NCBI RefSeq assembly: GCF_000143415.4 | Contig: NW_003314267.1 | Coordinates: forward strand, 2,707,839 to 2,771,838 | Direction of reading: 5' to 3' | Origin: Selaginella moellendorffii | Lineage: Eukaryota > Plantae > Lycopodiophyta | DNA length: 64,000 bases | Shown here: positions 12,100 through 24,596 of the stretch, in pieces | How positions within the stretch are numbered: the first letter of the stretch is position 1 | Layout: each line of letters starts with the position of its first letter | Translations under genes and position numbers: made by a program | The notes under the pieces: model-generated | Told to the model about the DNA's origin: nothing | Database searches by the model: none | What the model saw: only the letters and a program-made list of their open reading frames with translations

Positions 12100-12301
12100 A
12101 GAGCGAGTTACAAGTAACACAAAGGCCTGACAAGGTGGAGATATTCAAGATATCTGTTAACTTTTAATAAGTAATTTAAATATATTCTTTAACAAAAAAA
12201 GGAGGGCTTCATTTAGTTAGTCAAAAAGGGAAAACTTTGTACTAAAGCGTCGTGCTAATGAGCTCACCCTTAATTTTTATCGTCACAACGAAGTAAGAGA
12301 G

Positions 12302-13174
12302 ATGACGCGATACTCAATCGATTACTCGACAAGGCTGGGGCGTGGTACCGGTGGAACGGTGAGAGAGGGGATAAATCTCGACACTATGGAGAAGGTCGCC
12401 ATCAAAGAGATGGTAGAGCATCTAAATCTACACGAGGAAACGAAGCTGGTCTATGGTCTTCTGCAAGAATGTCAACATGAAAACATCGTCAAGCTTCTGG
12501 ACGTGGGCTCGATTGGAGGTAAAACGTACATGGTGTTCGAGCACATGTTTGGGGATCTCTACAAGTTCAAGAAGAGATTGGGCATGCTTATGAAGAGAAC
12601 CCTCAACAGGGAGGAGATCAAGACGATCATCGAGCAGATCCTTCAAGCCCTAGCCTACATGCACGAGCATGGCATCGTTCATCAGGACATCAAGACCGCC
12701 AACGTCCTGATCAACAAGGAGGGCACCAAGGTGAAGCTGTGCGACTTTGATCACGCGAGAAGGGTGACGACGCCCCCAAGAGACCCAGAAACGATTGGAA
12801 CGCTGGCCTACAACGCGCCGGAGATCATCCTGGGCGACACCCAAGAGCTGGGAAGTGGCGTGGACGTGTGGGGCGCTGGAGTGATCCTCGCGGAGCTGGT
12901 TCTAGGGTACAACCCTTTCAGCGTTGTACGCGAGAGCCACGCCGCCAGAGAGCTTTACAGGGTGGTGGAGGAGATCAAGGAGAGGCTCCACAGGGAGATT
13001 GGCGACGAAGATATTCTTGAGCTCCTGGACAACATGCTGGTTTGGGAGCCGGAGGAGAGATGGAGTGCCGAGAGAGCTCTTTCTTCCAGTTTCTTTGAGG
13101 ATGGGACTCGCCAAATGTGTGGAGATCCATACCAGCAATTGACTTGTAAAATGGCCACACAATGCGTAATATAA
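12302..13174 (+). CDS. Intronless, divergent CDK/CMGC-like Ser/Thr protein kinase
   Basis: 290-aa ORF with GRGTGG, VAIK, HENIVKLLD, HQDIKTAN, LCDFD, YNAPE, DVWGAG and ERWSAERAL. Confidence 0.85.
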   Translation: MTRYSIDYSTRLGRGTGGTVREGINLDTMEKVAIKEMVEHLNLHEETKLVYGLLQECQHENIVKLLDVGSIGGKTYMVFEHMFGDLYKFKKRLGMLMKRTLNREEIKTIIEQILQALAYMHEHGIVHQDIKTANVLINKEGTKVKLCDFDHARRVTTPPRDPETIGTLAYNAPEIILGDTQELGSGVDVWGAGVILAELVLGYNPFSVVRESHAARELYRVVEEIKERLHREIGDEDILELLDNMLVWEPEERWSAERALSSSFFEDGTRQMCGDPYQQLTCKMATQCVI

Positions 13175-13479
13175 AAAAGTAAAAACCATAAGCTATAATT
13201 ATATCTGGAAGAACTTTAATAACGAATAAAATAGTTTACGTGCAAACAAACCTTATTGTTAAAGTTCAGCGGCGGATTTTCGAGATAGTTCACTGTTGTC
13301 GGAATGGACATTCTTGGATGATATCCACCATCTTCTTTCGTCCCACCATTTGTCTAACTGTGACAAAATCAGCCTAGCACAAACCTGTAACGCAGAGCTT
13401 GTGTTTTAATGTCCCAATGATGCTCTTTTAAATTCTTATTAGTGTGTCACTTTAAAGCTCCCACCCATTCCATCCAAAA

Positions 13480-13745
13480 GAAATGCAGGTGCCTCGATTG
13501 CTTGCTCATGGCAACCGGAAGCTTGGCAGCCATCGTGCACAGCCTCGTCCTTCCGATCAACATGTACTACTTTGGCCGGATCGTCAATGCTCTCGCCACA
13601 AATCAGAGTGACAGGGAAAGTAAGCACGAAAAACAAAGCTCAGTGTTCTTCCGGGGAACTTTGAGAAGCAATGCTTAATTACCTGGCAGTTCGCGATCGC
13701 GATGTTTATCGTGGCGCTCAATTCTGGATGGGTCACGTGGCTAGG
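13480..13745 (+). pseudogene. ABCB (P-glycoprotein) N-terminal fragment
   Basis: DCLLMATGSLAAIVHSLVLP..MYYFGRIVNAL is the typical first ABCB transmembrane region. No downstream ABC domain follows. Confidence 0.7.
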
Positions 13746-14829
13746 TGAGAGCTGACTGAGTTCTCCTTACTTTGCAATAGCGCGGATGATCGTTAAGAAT
13801 CCTACCATTTGGCTGCTCGATATGCGCCATTGAACTCCAGTTTCGAGATATGCAACATTTTCGAGGTTGAGAGAATGAGAACTGGCATGCTGCCAAAGTA
13901 CACTTGTCAAATAAAAGAACACCTTGACGAATTTGGCAACTGACTTACAGGCCCTTTCCCGGAGGATGGGAGGTGACAAAGGCATGCGTTGCTTATCTAA
14001 AAAAGGACGATTTGACGTAAGACGTAGTTATGGTGATGGGGAGAGAGATGGACATCAACTCTGAAACAAGCATTTGCCATTGCATCAGCTTGAACAAACA
14101 AACCATAGAGTGGTTTCCTCTTTGTTCTGGATAGCCACTGCCAAGCCAAGTCCGATAAGGTTATTAGAGAATGAAAGATAACCGGAAAGAATTACTTGTC
14201 CGAGATGGTCTCTCTCCTATCAGTGAAACAACAACGAACAACGTACACACGATCATGTAGGAGTTAACTCTAGAGATCTTGAATCGCTACCTCCTGCCAT
14301 AGCTGGCAGGACGGAAATGAAAAAACACTCGCGCTCGAGATATAAATAAGTTTGCTAACGTCTCCACACACACACGCAGCACAGGAAGGAGGAGTTCCAG
14401 CACTAAAGACAAGCCACTGCGCCAAATTCTTCTATGGTTCTGGTCGCCAGGGTGCGAATTGAAAGCACTAGACGCTCACCTTTGGCCGAGATTGCTCGCT
14501 TCACCAGCACCGCCATCACAAGCCGCGCCGACTGGTTATTTGAGCACTGCTCCTTGTTCTTGACTTAGTCTTTAGCAGAGTGATCCCCGTGCTTCTTGTT
14601 CTTCTCCTTCTCCGCCTCGGATTGATCAGCAGAGAATCCTAGCAGCAATCTAGCATCGCCGCGCCATGGACAGGAGCCGGCTACAACGCCGCACCTCCAG
14701 CGTGCACGAGAACGGAGAGATTGCCGCCGCCGGCCAAAAACTATTTTGCTCTAGAACCCTAAATTTGACAATGTACGGTCACGGACACCTAACGCGGAAA
14801 TGTACGGCAACACACTTTCGTACGCTAGG

Positions 14830-15726
14830 TTAATCAAGCCCTTTCGTTATTTGCTGGACGCTACAGTTGTGGAGAATCCATTGCTGCGCGGCGGAGAGAT
14901 CGGGCAGAACGATCACTCCACTCTCTTTCAATCGCGCGGCCTCGGCCGTCTTGAATCGATCGAGGAGTATCGCATGGATCCCGAGGCTCTGCGCCGGGAG
15001 ATAGTCCTTCCTCAAGCTATCCCCGATGTGGAGCGCCATGCTGGGAGGAACATTGCCCGCCTTCTCCAATGCGAGCTTGTAGATTCCTGGGTCGGGCTTC
15101 TCCACGCCCTCGAGGCCCGAGAAGACACCAAAGTCCCACTCCGATCCCTGGCGACACCATGATCGATCGTGAGCCCCATTGGCAGGAAAATCGAAAGATC
15201 GATACTTTTGATACCTGATTGAGACCCAGGGCCGGGAGAATCACATCCCGGTAGCGCGACTCTGCATTGCTCACGATCCCAACGCTCAATCCACTCGCGC
15301 GAGCCCAGCGGAGGAATGGCTGCGCGTCCGGGAAGATCGTGTATGGCGCCGTGGATCCAAACATCGCATGGATTCGATTGAAAATCTGCTCCCCGGTGTC
15401 CGGATCGAAGGAATAGCCCGCCTGGCCGATTAAACATGAGACCAATGCATCGAGAGAGGAGCTATAGCACGTACCCTGATGAAAGAATCGCGCACGCACC
15501 GCCTCCACCACTCCACATCCGAGAGATGGCCATAGCCGAAGCATGGGAATTTCTTGCTCATCTCCGCGTAGGCAGCCTTGAATCCCTCGTGGACGCGCTT
15601 GTAATCCGGGCACGGCAGCCCCAGCGCCTTGGCGGACATGCAATAGTAGTCGCCGAGCTCGCCCTTGTACGCCATGAGCGTGCCAGTGACATCCAGGGTC
15701 ACGCATTTGAGCCGCGCCGCCGCCAT
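14830..15726 (-). CDS. HAD-superfamily hydrolase, HDHD3-like (3 exons)
   Basis: CVTLDVTGTL, GIVSNAE, EKPDPGIY and ALHIGDS motifs. Confidence 0.92.
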
Positions 15727-16052
15727 CGCCAAGAACTCGCGTTTGCCAGAGGAGATTGGACCATCTGGTTCTTAAACTTGCTGGCCACTCCAGCCTCCAA
15801 GCCCTGGGATAGAACTTTCCATCGTCGCCATTGTAATTTTATTCCTCTCTCGCGGAAGCCGCCACCACGACTGTACGAGATGGCTCCACTGTGGTCGTAT
15901 ATTCCGTCCTGCGGTGGCATATCTTTCTCGCGCGCAGTAGATTTTAAAAAATTTTAGATTCTTCCCTGAAAAACGTGTCGGAGTTTCACCACTTATTTGT
16001 GCTGTGACACTTCCATACCTCTTTAGTTTACACTCGCGGTTATGAAGAAACT

Positions 16053-18628
16053 TCAGCTCTTCTTTTTGGAAGTAAGAACTTGGAATGGATTCGCGTTCTC
16101 GCAGCTTTTCAGAGGAGTGAGCCTTCCACCTCCGGCACTTCGTCGGAGCTTTTTAAGTCTACCACGGTCATACTCTTCATCCCTGGAAAACAAAAGAGAT
16201 GTAAGACAGATAGAGAACTAAATTCTCATACCACTCATCGGGTCTCTTTGTTGAGACCTTGTGTTCTTGGCTGAGAAAGCCATCGACTTCTTTCCCGTCG
16301 ACGCCCTCCCATCGTGCAACTGCAGGACAGAGTCACTCGCTGTTTGTACAGAAATTGGAGAAAAGTACTTACCTCCAGTTCCAAACAGCTCATTCGGACT
16401 GCACTTCTTTTTCTTCTTGGGATCGTCGTTCTCCACGAGCTTTTTGCTTTTGGAGGCAGCCGTCCCTTCAGCAATTCCACCTTCAAGAGCCTTTTCCATC
16501 AACAAGCGCCTGTTCTTGGGCATAGCTTTAAGTAACTTCAGGTAGCCCTTCTCAGGTCTTCTTGGCGGATCCGTGTCGAACTTCCTGAGGGAGATTTGGC
16601 CTTTCGGTAATTCTCTCTCAGGTTTTTCCGGATCACGTTTGTCCAGCTTTTTAGTTGACCCCTTGTCCACCATCGAAGGCGCTTGATTTTCGGGCTCGAT
16701 TCTGCTTGCCGGGACAGTTCCCTGTAGACAACACAGTAAGCAACATAAACAGAAACAATGACTCAAAATGTTACCTCCTTTTTCAATTCTGGCTCAGGAC
16801 TAGCACGCTTTTCCGCGGAAGGAGCTACAGGGGAGAGAGGAGAACAGATGTCCTCTTCCGAAATTGCTTTTCCCTCCTCATCCGTAGCAGCTGGCACAGT
16901 TTCCTTTGCTTTGGCTGTAACAACTTTATCTGGCGAATTTTCTTCTCTTTCCTTGGTTATACCAGCAGCGGGGACTTCCTGCTCTCGTAAACTTGTTTCC
17001 CTTTCCTCGATTTTAGCAGCTGGCACAGCATCCGGCATATGAAGAGTCTTTGTGGTAGCAATCTTCTTTCCTGAAATCTCTGTAGCAGGCGCCGAGGGGA
17101 GTCTCTGTGTTGGCGTCTTACGAATATAGAAGAGTATGTAAGCCTTTTGGTTCAGAACAGTTTGTTCGCTCAGCTGTTGAACCTGCATGTAAAATAGCTT
17201 TAATAAGCACACAAGGTAAAGACGCTCATACCCGAGAGTCATCTAAGACGTGCCACATATCGGAGGAAGTGCGTACAAAACAATAGTAGTGTCCAGAACG
17301 GGTTGACCACCCCGCGTGCACCAGCACACCATACAAGTCATAAACCGCACCATCCTGCTGGGCAGCGTTAGCTATAAAATGTGAAGCAGCTACCCTGGCT
17401 TACCCTGGCGTTACTCATAAAAGGAGTGATGTCTAGCTTTCTTCCAAAGTGAACCTTCTTGTCTATCTTTTGCCCATGTAAGCCAGTGCTGCTGAAACGC
17501 TTGAACTGAACTGTTAGGACGTTTGGCGCGGTTTCGATCGTAAACCGCTTTATGGCACGCACTTTCTTCTTGCATTTCTCGCAGTGATACTTGTTATCAC
17601 CATCGAGTATCTCATTGGCTGTAAACCATGCGAGGGCCTTGCCCAGCGAGTCTGCCCGTGTGATGTCCAAGCTCAGGTCTAGAAAAGGATCAACAGTTTC
17701 TGAACGTTCCAGACAATTACTGCATTTCACCTGCAAAAAAATGCTCGTAATTCAGCTCCTACACAGTGTAACTAGGCAAATACCTGACTTCGAAGACGAC
17801 CACCGAAGATTTTGTACAGAAGAGTTTTTTCTTGTTCCGGAGAGTTCATCGGCGTTTTGCTAGGAAGACAGTCTTTCTGCAAAGCCTCCATGAGATATCT
17901 TAAAAACTCATGCGCATCTTCCTGTCTCCAAGGTTGAAACGCACGTGATATGCCTGCATTCGAATAGTTTACGCGAGAAATCTATAGGTAATCTATAAGG
18001 ACTTACTGCGCAAGTTTTTCACCATATGATTGGGAGCTATCACCTTTCCCCATGACTGCAACGCATTCTTGACGTGCCCTTCCAGAGCGCACATTGCACA
18101 AAATCCAGACTTTCGACCTGCGACAAATAGAAGCGATAAACTGCAGTAAAGAGAAAACACTACTAGACAGACTTACACAAGAGCTTGTGTTGGCCGCTTT
18201 TGAGAAACTCCGCCAAGGGCTGCGTGTACGTAAGGCATTGCAAGACAGAGTTGAGGAAGCAAGTGTTACCGAGATTTGTAAGCCCGGCTCCCTATCAAGC
18301 ACAAAGTTAGAGTAAACCTCCCAAAACCCCTACAAAAACTCACAATCCGGAGGGGAGCTCCCAGCTCGGGTAGCACATTCTCGCCAAAATCCTTCTGCGG
18401 CTCGCCATTCGCTTCCTCCCACGATCGCTTGATCCCTTTGCCATCGGGCGACTTGGAAAGGCTCGGAGGAGGAGGAGGAGTCGCCGCATTGAATCCGTGA
18501 TTGAGCGGCTCGATACCTGGAGGCAATGCCGCGAGCAATGCAGTGTCTTTGGCGGGATGGAACAAGATCCGGCGCTCCAGAAAAGGGAGCTGATCCTGGC
18601 GCTCACAAACCCTAGCCGTAGCCGCCAT
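16053..18628 (-). CDS. Ubiquitin-specific protease, UBP23/USP36-like (multi-exon)
   Basis: Cys box [33 protein letters not shown], His box VLVHAG...SGHYY, and a C-terminal DEEYDRG motif. Confidence 0.92.
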
Positions 18629-18749
18629 GACTGCTCTTCTTCCAGCTAGGGCGCTGCCCTAAGTTTCCCGGGCTTTTACTGGCAGAGCCGGTATCCCACT
18701 GCCACGTGCCGGTGAAAGAGAAGTTTATTGACGAGCCAAGGGAAGATCT

Positions 18750-19550
18750 TCAGCGTTTTCCCATGGCATTGGAGAGGTAGAAGTTCCAAAAAATCGAGCA
18801 GCACGACATGAATCCAACTCGAGCATCCAGAGGCACGACACTGAAATTGAGCGCGCTGGCAGGAATCCAAAACTTCCATCCTGCCAAAGAATCGAGAAAT
18901 CGGTGAAAAAGAAGAGATTTTGATTCTTCTATTCTACCATCGACGAGCGTAGGCAATGCCTTGTTCCTGTACATTGATGGGAGCTCGCGAGCTTGGCCTT
19001 GCCAGATGCTATTCCACGCGAAGATTACGAGAATCACGCATGGGCCGAGCACCAGCTGATTCAAAACAATCTATCGCGTCGCAGCGAGATTCGTGAGCAA
19101 ACAACACAAACTTGGCGTAAGAATCTCACCTTGATGGATAGATTTCTCATCGTCTTGGCAGGGAAGTACCAATCGAGGAGCTCGTACCAAGCCTGCGATC
19201 CTGGCCCGTAGAGCAAGAACCCATAGCTGGCCATCCTCAACGCCCTCACCCAATCGTGATTCCATAGCTCCCTCTGGAAGAACAGGAAGATCACAGCCAC
19301 GCCAACACTGCTAGCCTACCTCCCAAGCGTCGCTGTTCTTGTGCTGGTTCCATCGCCCACGAAGCTGAGCAATGGTATCGCCTGTCAAAGCTAAAGATCC
19401 AGCCACCATAGCTTGCTTGAATGGAAATCTTCCGCTAGAACTACTAGTGCTGCCGCTGCTGTTCTTCCCTGCTCGTCTTTTGCTGCTTTTCCTATCAAAA
19501 CCCAACCTTTGCTTGTAAAACCAAGCGCCGTCCCAGCCCAGAGTACCCAT
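18750..19550 (-). CDS. Mpv17/PMP22 (PXMP2/4) family membrane protein
   Basis: GDTIAQ, DWVRALRMASYGFLLYGP, NQLVLGP and GWKFWIPASALNF...FWNFYLS. Confidence 0.93.
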
Positions 19551-19638
19551 AGCTAGCTTTCCAAGTACCTAAAAGATCAAACAAAGCGCAAAAAACCCAT
19601 GAAAACCAAAGCTTTGTTTATTTTATTTTTTTAAGTTC

Positions 19639-20734
19639 TCAGGCAAGCGTATCGATGAGCGAAGCTCTCATCTCGTTGACAATGGCACTGGGTTGAGACT
19701 CTCGGAGCTTGAAAACGCTCTCCACAACCGAGAGCTCGGTGGTGGTGGTGTCGAGGCCGCAAAAGGCTGTCCAGTCGTTCACGATCAGCCCAGCGCCGAT
19801 CACGTCGCTCCCGCGGTTGACAGTGCCTGCAACCAGCGGGACTTGCAACAGCGACGATAGCTCGTCCAGATCTTCGATCGATGTGTGAGGATGCACCTGT
19901 GACAACAGAAAAGTTCCTCAAAAAAGTTCACGAGAAAGACCAGACAAGGATCTTCTTACCAGTCCACCTCTGTTTGAGAAGACGCCGTAGCTTCCAACCA
20001 AGACGTTCCCGGCGATGGTCTGCCTGAAAACTTCAACTCCAAGCACATCGGCCACGAGCTCTTCGGTTTCCTGGAGGAACAGACACATTGATTGCTTCAA
20101 AGAAACAAAGACTGGATGGAGAAAACGTCTACCTTGTCCAAGTCCGTGTGAACGAGAGAAACGTAGTCATTCGTTGCAATGCAGTTTCCCAAAGCAGACA
20201 ACCTTTCCTCCACCCTTTGAACCACAACACGGTCGGGAAGAGAGTTCCGAATGTGAAGAAGCTCTGGAAAATCACACAATCACCTCCGGCTATGGCAGAA
20301 AACGAAGAAAAGAGAAAAATTTAACTCGAGACTTACCTTGATCAGTCGTCGAGTTTGGGAGTAGCAAGCCGTTTTTGTTTCCTGTGCAAAATGAGACATA
20401 CATTTTCAGTCCTAGATCTCTATCGATAATTCTTACCGACACACATCCTTCCAATCACTCTTGTCCCAGAGATGGACACCTTTACTACGGGAATGTGGTC
20501 GGCTAGCTCCGACTCGAAGGTGCTGCGACAAAGAATTCACAAAGATCAATCCAAGTAACGGATCGAAAACTCTCACCTGTAGAAATTCTCTGATCCTCCA
20601 ATCGCTACCAGGCAGTAGGCATTAGTGAGCTTGGAGAAGACGCCAATGTCACTGCTGTTCTCAAACTGCGCCCCTGGAACAAGGCCCCAGTCGATCGATC
20701 AGCTAGAGATGAACCAAAACTTACTCGTCGCCAT
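19639..20734 (-). CDS. EIF6: Eukaryotic translation initiation factor 6
   Basis: [43 protein letters not shown] and [16 protein letters not shown]. Confidence 0.97.
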
Positions 20735-21147
20735 GGTTTTGGCGTTGTTCTCGCTCAGGCACGCTTGCTTCACCGCCAAGGCAGAGAGGGTTAGCGCAGA
20801 ACCCTAGAAACGAAGGATAGGTTCGAATCTCATTCCGAGCTTAGTTCTGGAGTTGACTTTAGTTTGACTAAACTTTGACCGAATGGTCAATCAGCCATTC
20901 AAGCAAAAGAGATTTTCTACGTCAGAGGAGATCGATCTGATCGAGTCAACCGGTGAATATCTACTAGCTAGCAGCTACGTTTCCTTGCCTTTCCTTGTTT
21001 CAAGTGGAGCCAGGAATCCCACCAGAGATTTTTAAGTTAGCTATGCTATTGCTATGCGGCCATTAAGAAAACAATCAAAACTTTTCACAGTAGCAGCACC
21101 AGCAGCAGCAACCGATGATGGCGACGATAATTTTCCTTCTTTTCGTC

Positions 21148-23484
21148 TCAATCGATCTTGACCGAGGCGTAAATGGTGCGAACAAACCATAAGCATGCGT
21201 AGAACCCGATGGTGCCAGTGAGGACGAAGAAGCCAATCGAGATGATGGTCATGTAGCCAAAGTAGAGCAGCCCCGACACCAGCTTGGTGATCTCCAGCTT
21301 GGTGAAGAAGTAGAAGGTTGCGTAGAGGAACAAGTAGATGGCCGAGGAGCCCGACGTGAGGTACGCTCTCCACCACCAGTAGTAGTCCTCGCTGCAGAGC
21401 TGGAAGTAGCAGAGGACGATGGTGATCTCGGCACAGGTGACGACGAGGATGAGGAAGACGATGAAGAGGAAGCCGAAGATGTAGTAGAACTGGTGCAGCC
21501 AGATGGAGGTGAGGATGAAGAAGAGCTCGATGAAAACGGCGCCGAATGGAAGGATGCCGCCGATGAGCACCGAGAAGATGGGCTGCATGTACCACGCCTG
21601 CTCTGGGACCTGTCGCGGGATCTTGTTGGTCCGGACCGGGGGCTCGATGGCTGGTTTCTTGTATCCCAAGTAGCTGCCGACGAACACCAGCGGCACCGAG
21701 ATGCCAAACCAGAGGCAAACCAGCGCGAACATCGTCCCGAAAGGCACAGCCCCCGACGACTTCTCCCCCCAGATGATGGCATTGAGCACGAAGAAAATGG
21801 AGAAGACGACGGCCGGGAAGATGAGTGCCGTCTTCATGGTTATCTTCTTCCAGTCACTGCCTTTGAAAGACTTGTAGAGGCGCGCTGAGGCATACCCGGC
21901 CACCAGCCCCATGAACACCCACAGCAGCACCATAGCAGTCATAAGCCCGCCACGGTTCGAGGGCGATAGGAATCCCAGCAGTGCGAAGATCATGGTGACG
22001 ACTGTCATGCCCAGGCACTGCACCCCTGTTCCCACGAACACACACAGCGTTCCAGCGTGTTCCGGAGCTCTGAAAACGTCACCGTGCACCAGCTTCCACC
22101 CAGTTTCTTCCTGTGCTTCTTCCTGAGTCTCCAGTTGATTGTACTTGGATATATCGCGATGCAGTGTACGCATCATGATCATGGCCACCATTCCCGTGAG
22201 GAAGAGAACGATCATGAGGGAGTTGATGATAGAAAACCAGTGGATTTGGTCGTCTGACATCATAAGGTACATATCCCATCGGGAAGCCCATCTCGTGGCG
22301 CTCTCCTGCAAACAAACAGGCACGTTGAGAACAGAAGGATAAAAGACAGGCAGGTAACAGTTACCTCGAATTTGACGTCGTAAGTGAAAACGATCTCTTC
22401 CCCGACTTCAACTTCTTGTGGTGTCTTTGAAGATTCAACGAACTGTTTGCCTTCGGGGTTACAAGTCTGTAGTTTCGGATTATTTTTGTTCCATGATTCG
22501 TAGGTGTGCTTCACACTAACCACAAAAACCAGTATCAGGTTCCGAGTTCCGAGTCAAATCAAAATAAAAAATGAGCCACAAACCTCAAGGGGAACACCTC
22601 AAAGCCCACGATGCGAGAGACATCCGGATCCTGATCCTTGTGAAAATAAACCGTAAACTTGAGGTGGTTGTAAAGGTTATACTTCCCATCATCACTCTGC
22701 GAATTTTTTAAGGTCACTAGAGTTTAGAAAGAAAGAAGGGAAAAAAAGAAAAAAACGAAATCTGGTACTAACCTTGAATCCTACAGGAAAACCTCGCTCG
22801 TAAAGTTTGAGATGACTGCCGTCCATGTTACCAGGTGCAGCGATAGCTACAGGAAGGTTGTCCAAAATCCTGTGGCGATGACATGTTAAAAGCTTCAAAG
22901 CATTATTACCACCAGACTTACATGTTAACATGGTAATCCTCGTCAATCTTCTCTTTGAAATTCTTGGCACTCTTTTCGGACAGCTTTTCGCCTTTGCAAG
23001 CAACAATGCACGACTTGTCTTCCTTCATGGAAAACTGCGAAGCAAAAACTTTTAGAAACAAATATTATCAGCGGAAACATGCTTACAGAATAAACAGAGT
23101 TCTCGATCCGATCCCCACGAAGAACTTCCCCCAAGTTCTCGGCACTGTTGAGAATTTTCTCGGGCCGACAGTAGCCCAGTGAATAGTACTCATACGGAAG
23201 GAGAGTTTTGATAGATGTGAGCTTGTTCACCTTGACTTGGAGCTCCGCACCCTGTGTAGCATACATGAGGCAAGCTTTACCAAATCACACCCTATGCAAG
23301 CATGGATCTAGGCCAGAGAATGCCAGAGATCCCAGATCTGGGCCACAAGAAAGCATCCACTTACCTGGGCGAAATCTTGTGGCGCCACGCCTGGGAGGTA
23401 GAAGGCGGTGGCGAATTGGAGGTGAAGCAGCAGCAGCAGCTCCACCGCTGCCGCCAACCCTAACATCGCCAGCCGCGGCGCCAT
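21148..23484 (-). CDS. Transmembrane 9 superfamily protein (EMP70/TMN)
   Basis: Signal peptide plus FYLPGVAP, QIHWFSIINS, EETGWKLVHGDVFR and a C-terminal IYASVKID. Confidence 0.97.
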
Positions 23485-24596
23485 CGCTCGCTCCTCGGGC
23501 AAACACCGAAGTAGAAAAGGGCAAGTCCGCGTGGCACACCAAGTAGAGTACGGAGGCGTACGAAAGACGGATATCCTTGGCAAGTTGAAAAGATTCCCAT
23601 GTTAAGTTTAACTAAAAACTGGATCGCGCAGCGATTTCGATGCTGCAGCTCGGATGAAGAGGATCAGTTCCAACTCCGTAATCACAGCGTTTACAGCACG
23701 CCTGTCTCAAAGGTTTCCAACTCCTTACGGAGCGTGAGTTCCACAAACTCATCATGAATTTATTTTTCTTTTTATGCTTAGATCCTGCGAATAGGGCAAG
23801 CAGAGATGAAGAGGTGTCTCTGAGAAAGGAAAGGGAAAAATTATGTAGTGAATGGACTTTTGACCACCTTGGCTATGTTTTTCTTTAGCTTTTGAGTTGG
23901 GATGAGAGCGATGATAGGCCACTCGACGCAGCCATGGCGCAGCAGGAAGATAGTCGTGGGGGAGATTCAGCGCACAACGACGATCAAAGGTGCCTTGGCT
24001 TCCCAGGTTTTAGGAGCAGACGACACAATCCTTCCCAAACTCTCAATTGCCCAGTTCCGAGCGAGTCGCATCCTTGATCCTTGGCTCGCGAGTCGGATGG
24101 AGGAGAGGCATTCTTCCTTTATATCTATGCGTCTCTCACCTGGAATTTCTCCAGGTTAAGCTAACTAAGAGGCCGTTTTTGTCCGTTTTCTTACATAACT
24201 ACGTTTCAGTGAACATAAAGTGCTTCTTTGGGGAGTTTTATTGAGAGCTGTTCTTTTGCACATGAAACCCGCATGTAGTAGCTTCCCGTGCATGAACTCG
24301 TGTCTTTAGTGGCTCTAGCCTCGCTCTGCTGCAAATGCCAAGCCCTAGAAGACATCCAAAGCTGGGACTAGGATCTCTGGTCTAATCACATATTTTTCCA
24401 GAGAGCAAGAGCAAGAGCAAGCGCGTCCCATTGCGGCCACTCTTCCCGATTTGCTTCTTCGCTTCCTTGGCCTTCGGACCCAATGCTCGTTCCTACGGCA
24501 GTTTATCATGCCCTAAAAGCATATGCGTACCTCTCTCCTTTACCGAGATAGAGCAATTCTTGCATTATATGTGGCAAAATGTACCAGTCGAGAATA

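Noticed and set aside
20812-20840. GGTTCGAATC B-box-like motif upstream of eIF6
   Set aside because: No supporting stems or A-box; not a tRNA.
23890-24250. Short plus-strand ORFs between TM9SF and DNA-PKcs
   Set aside because: No motif or consistent splice structure.
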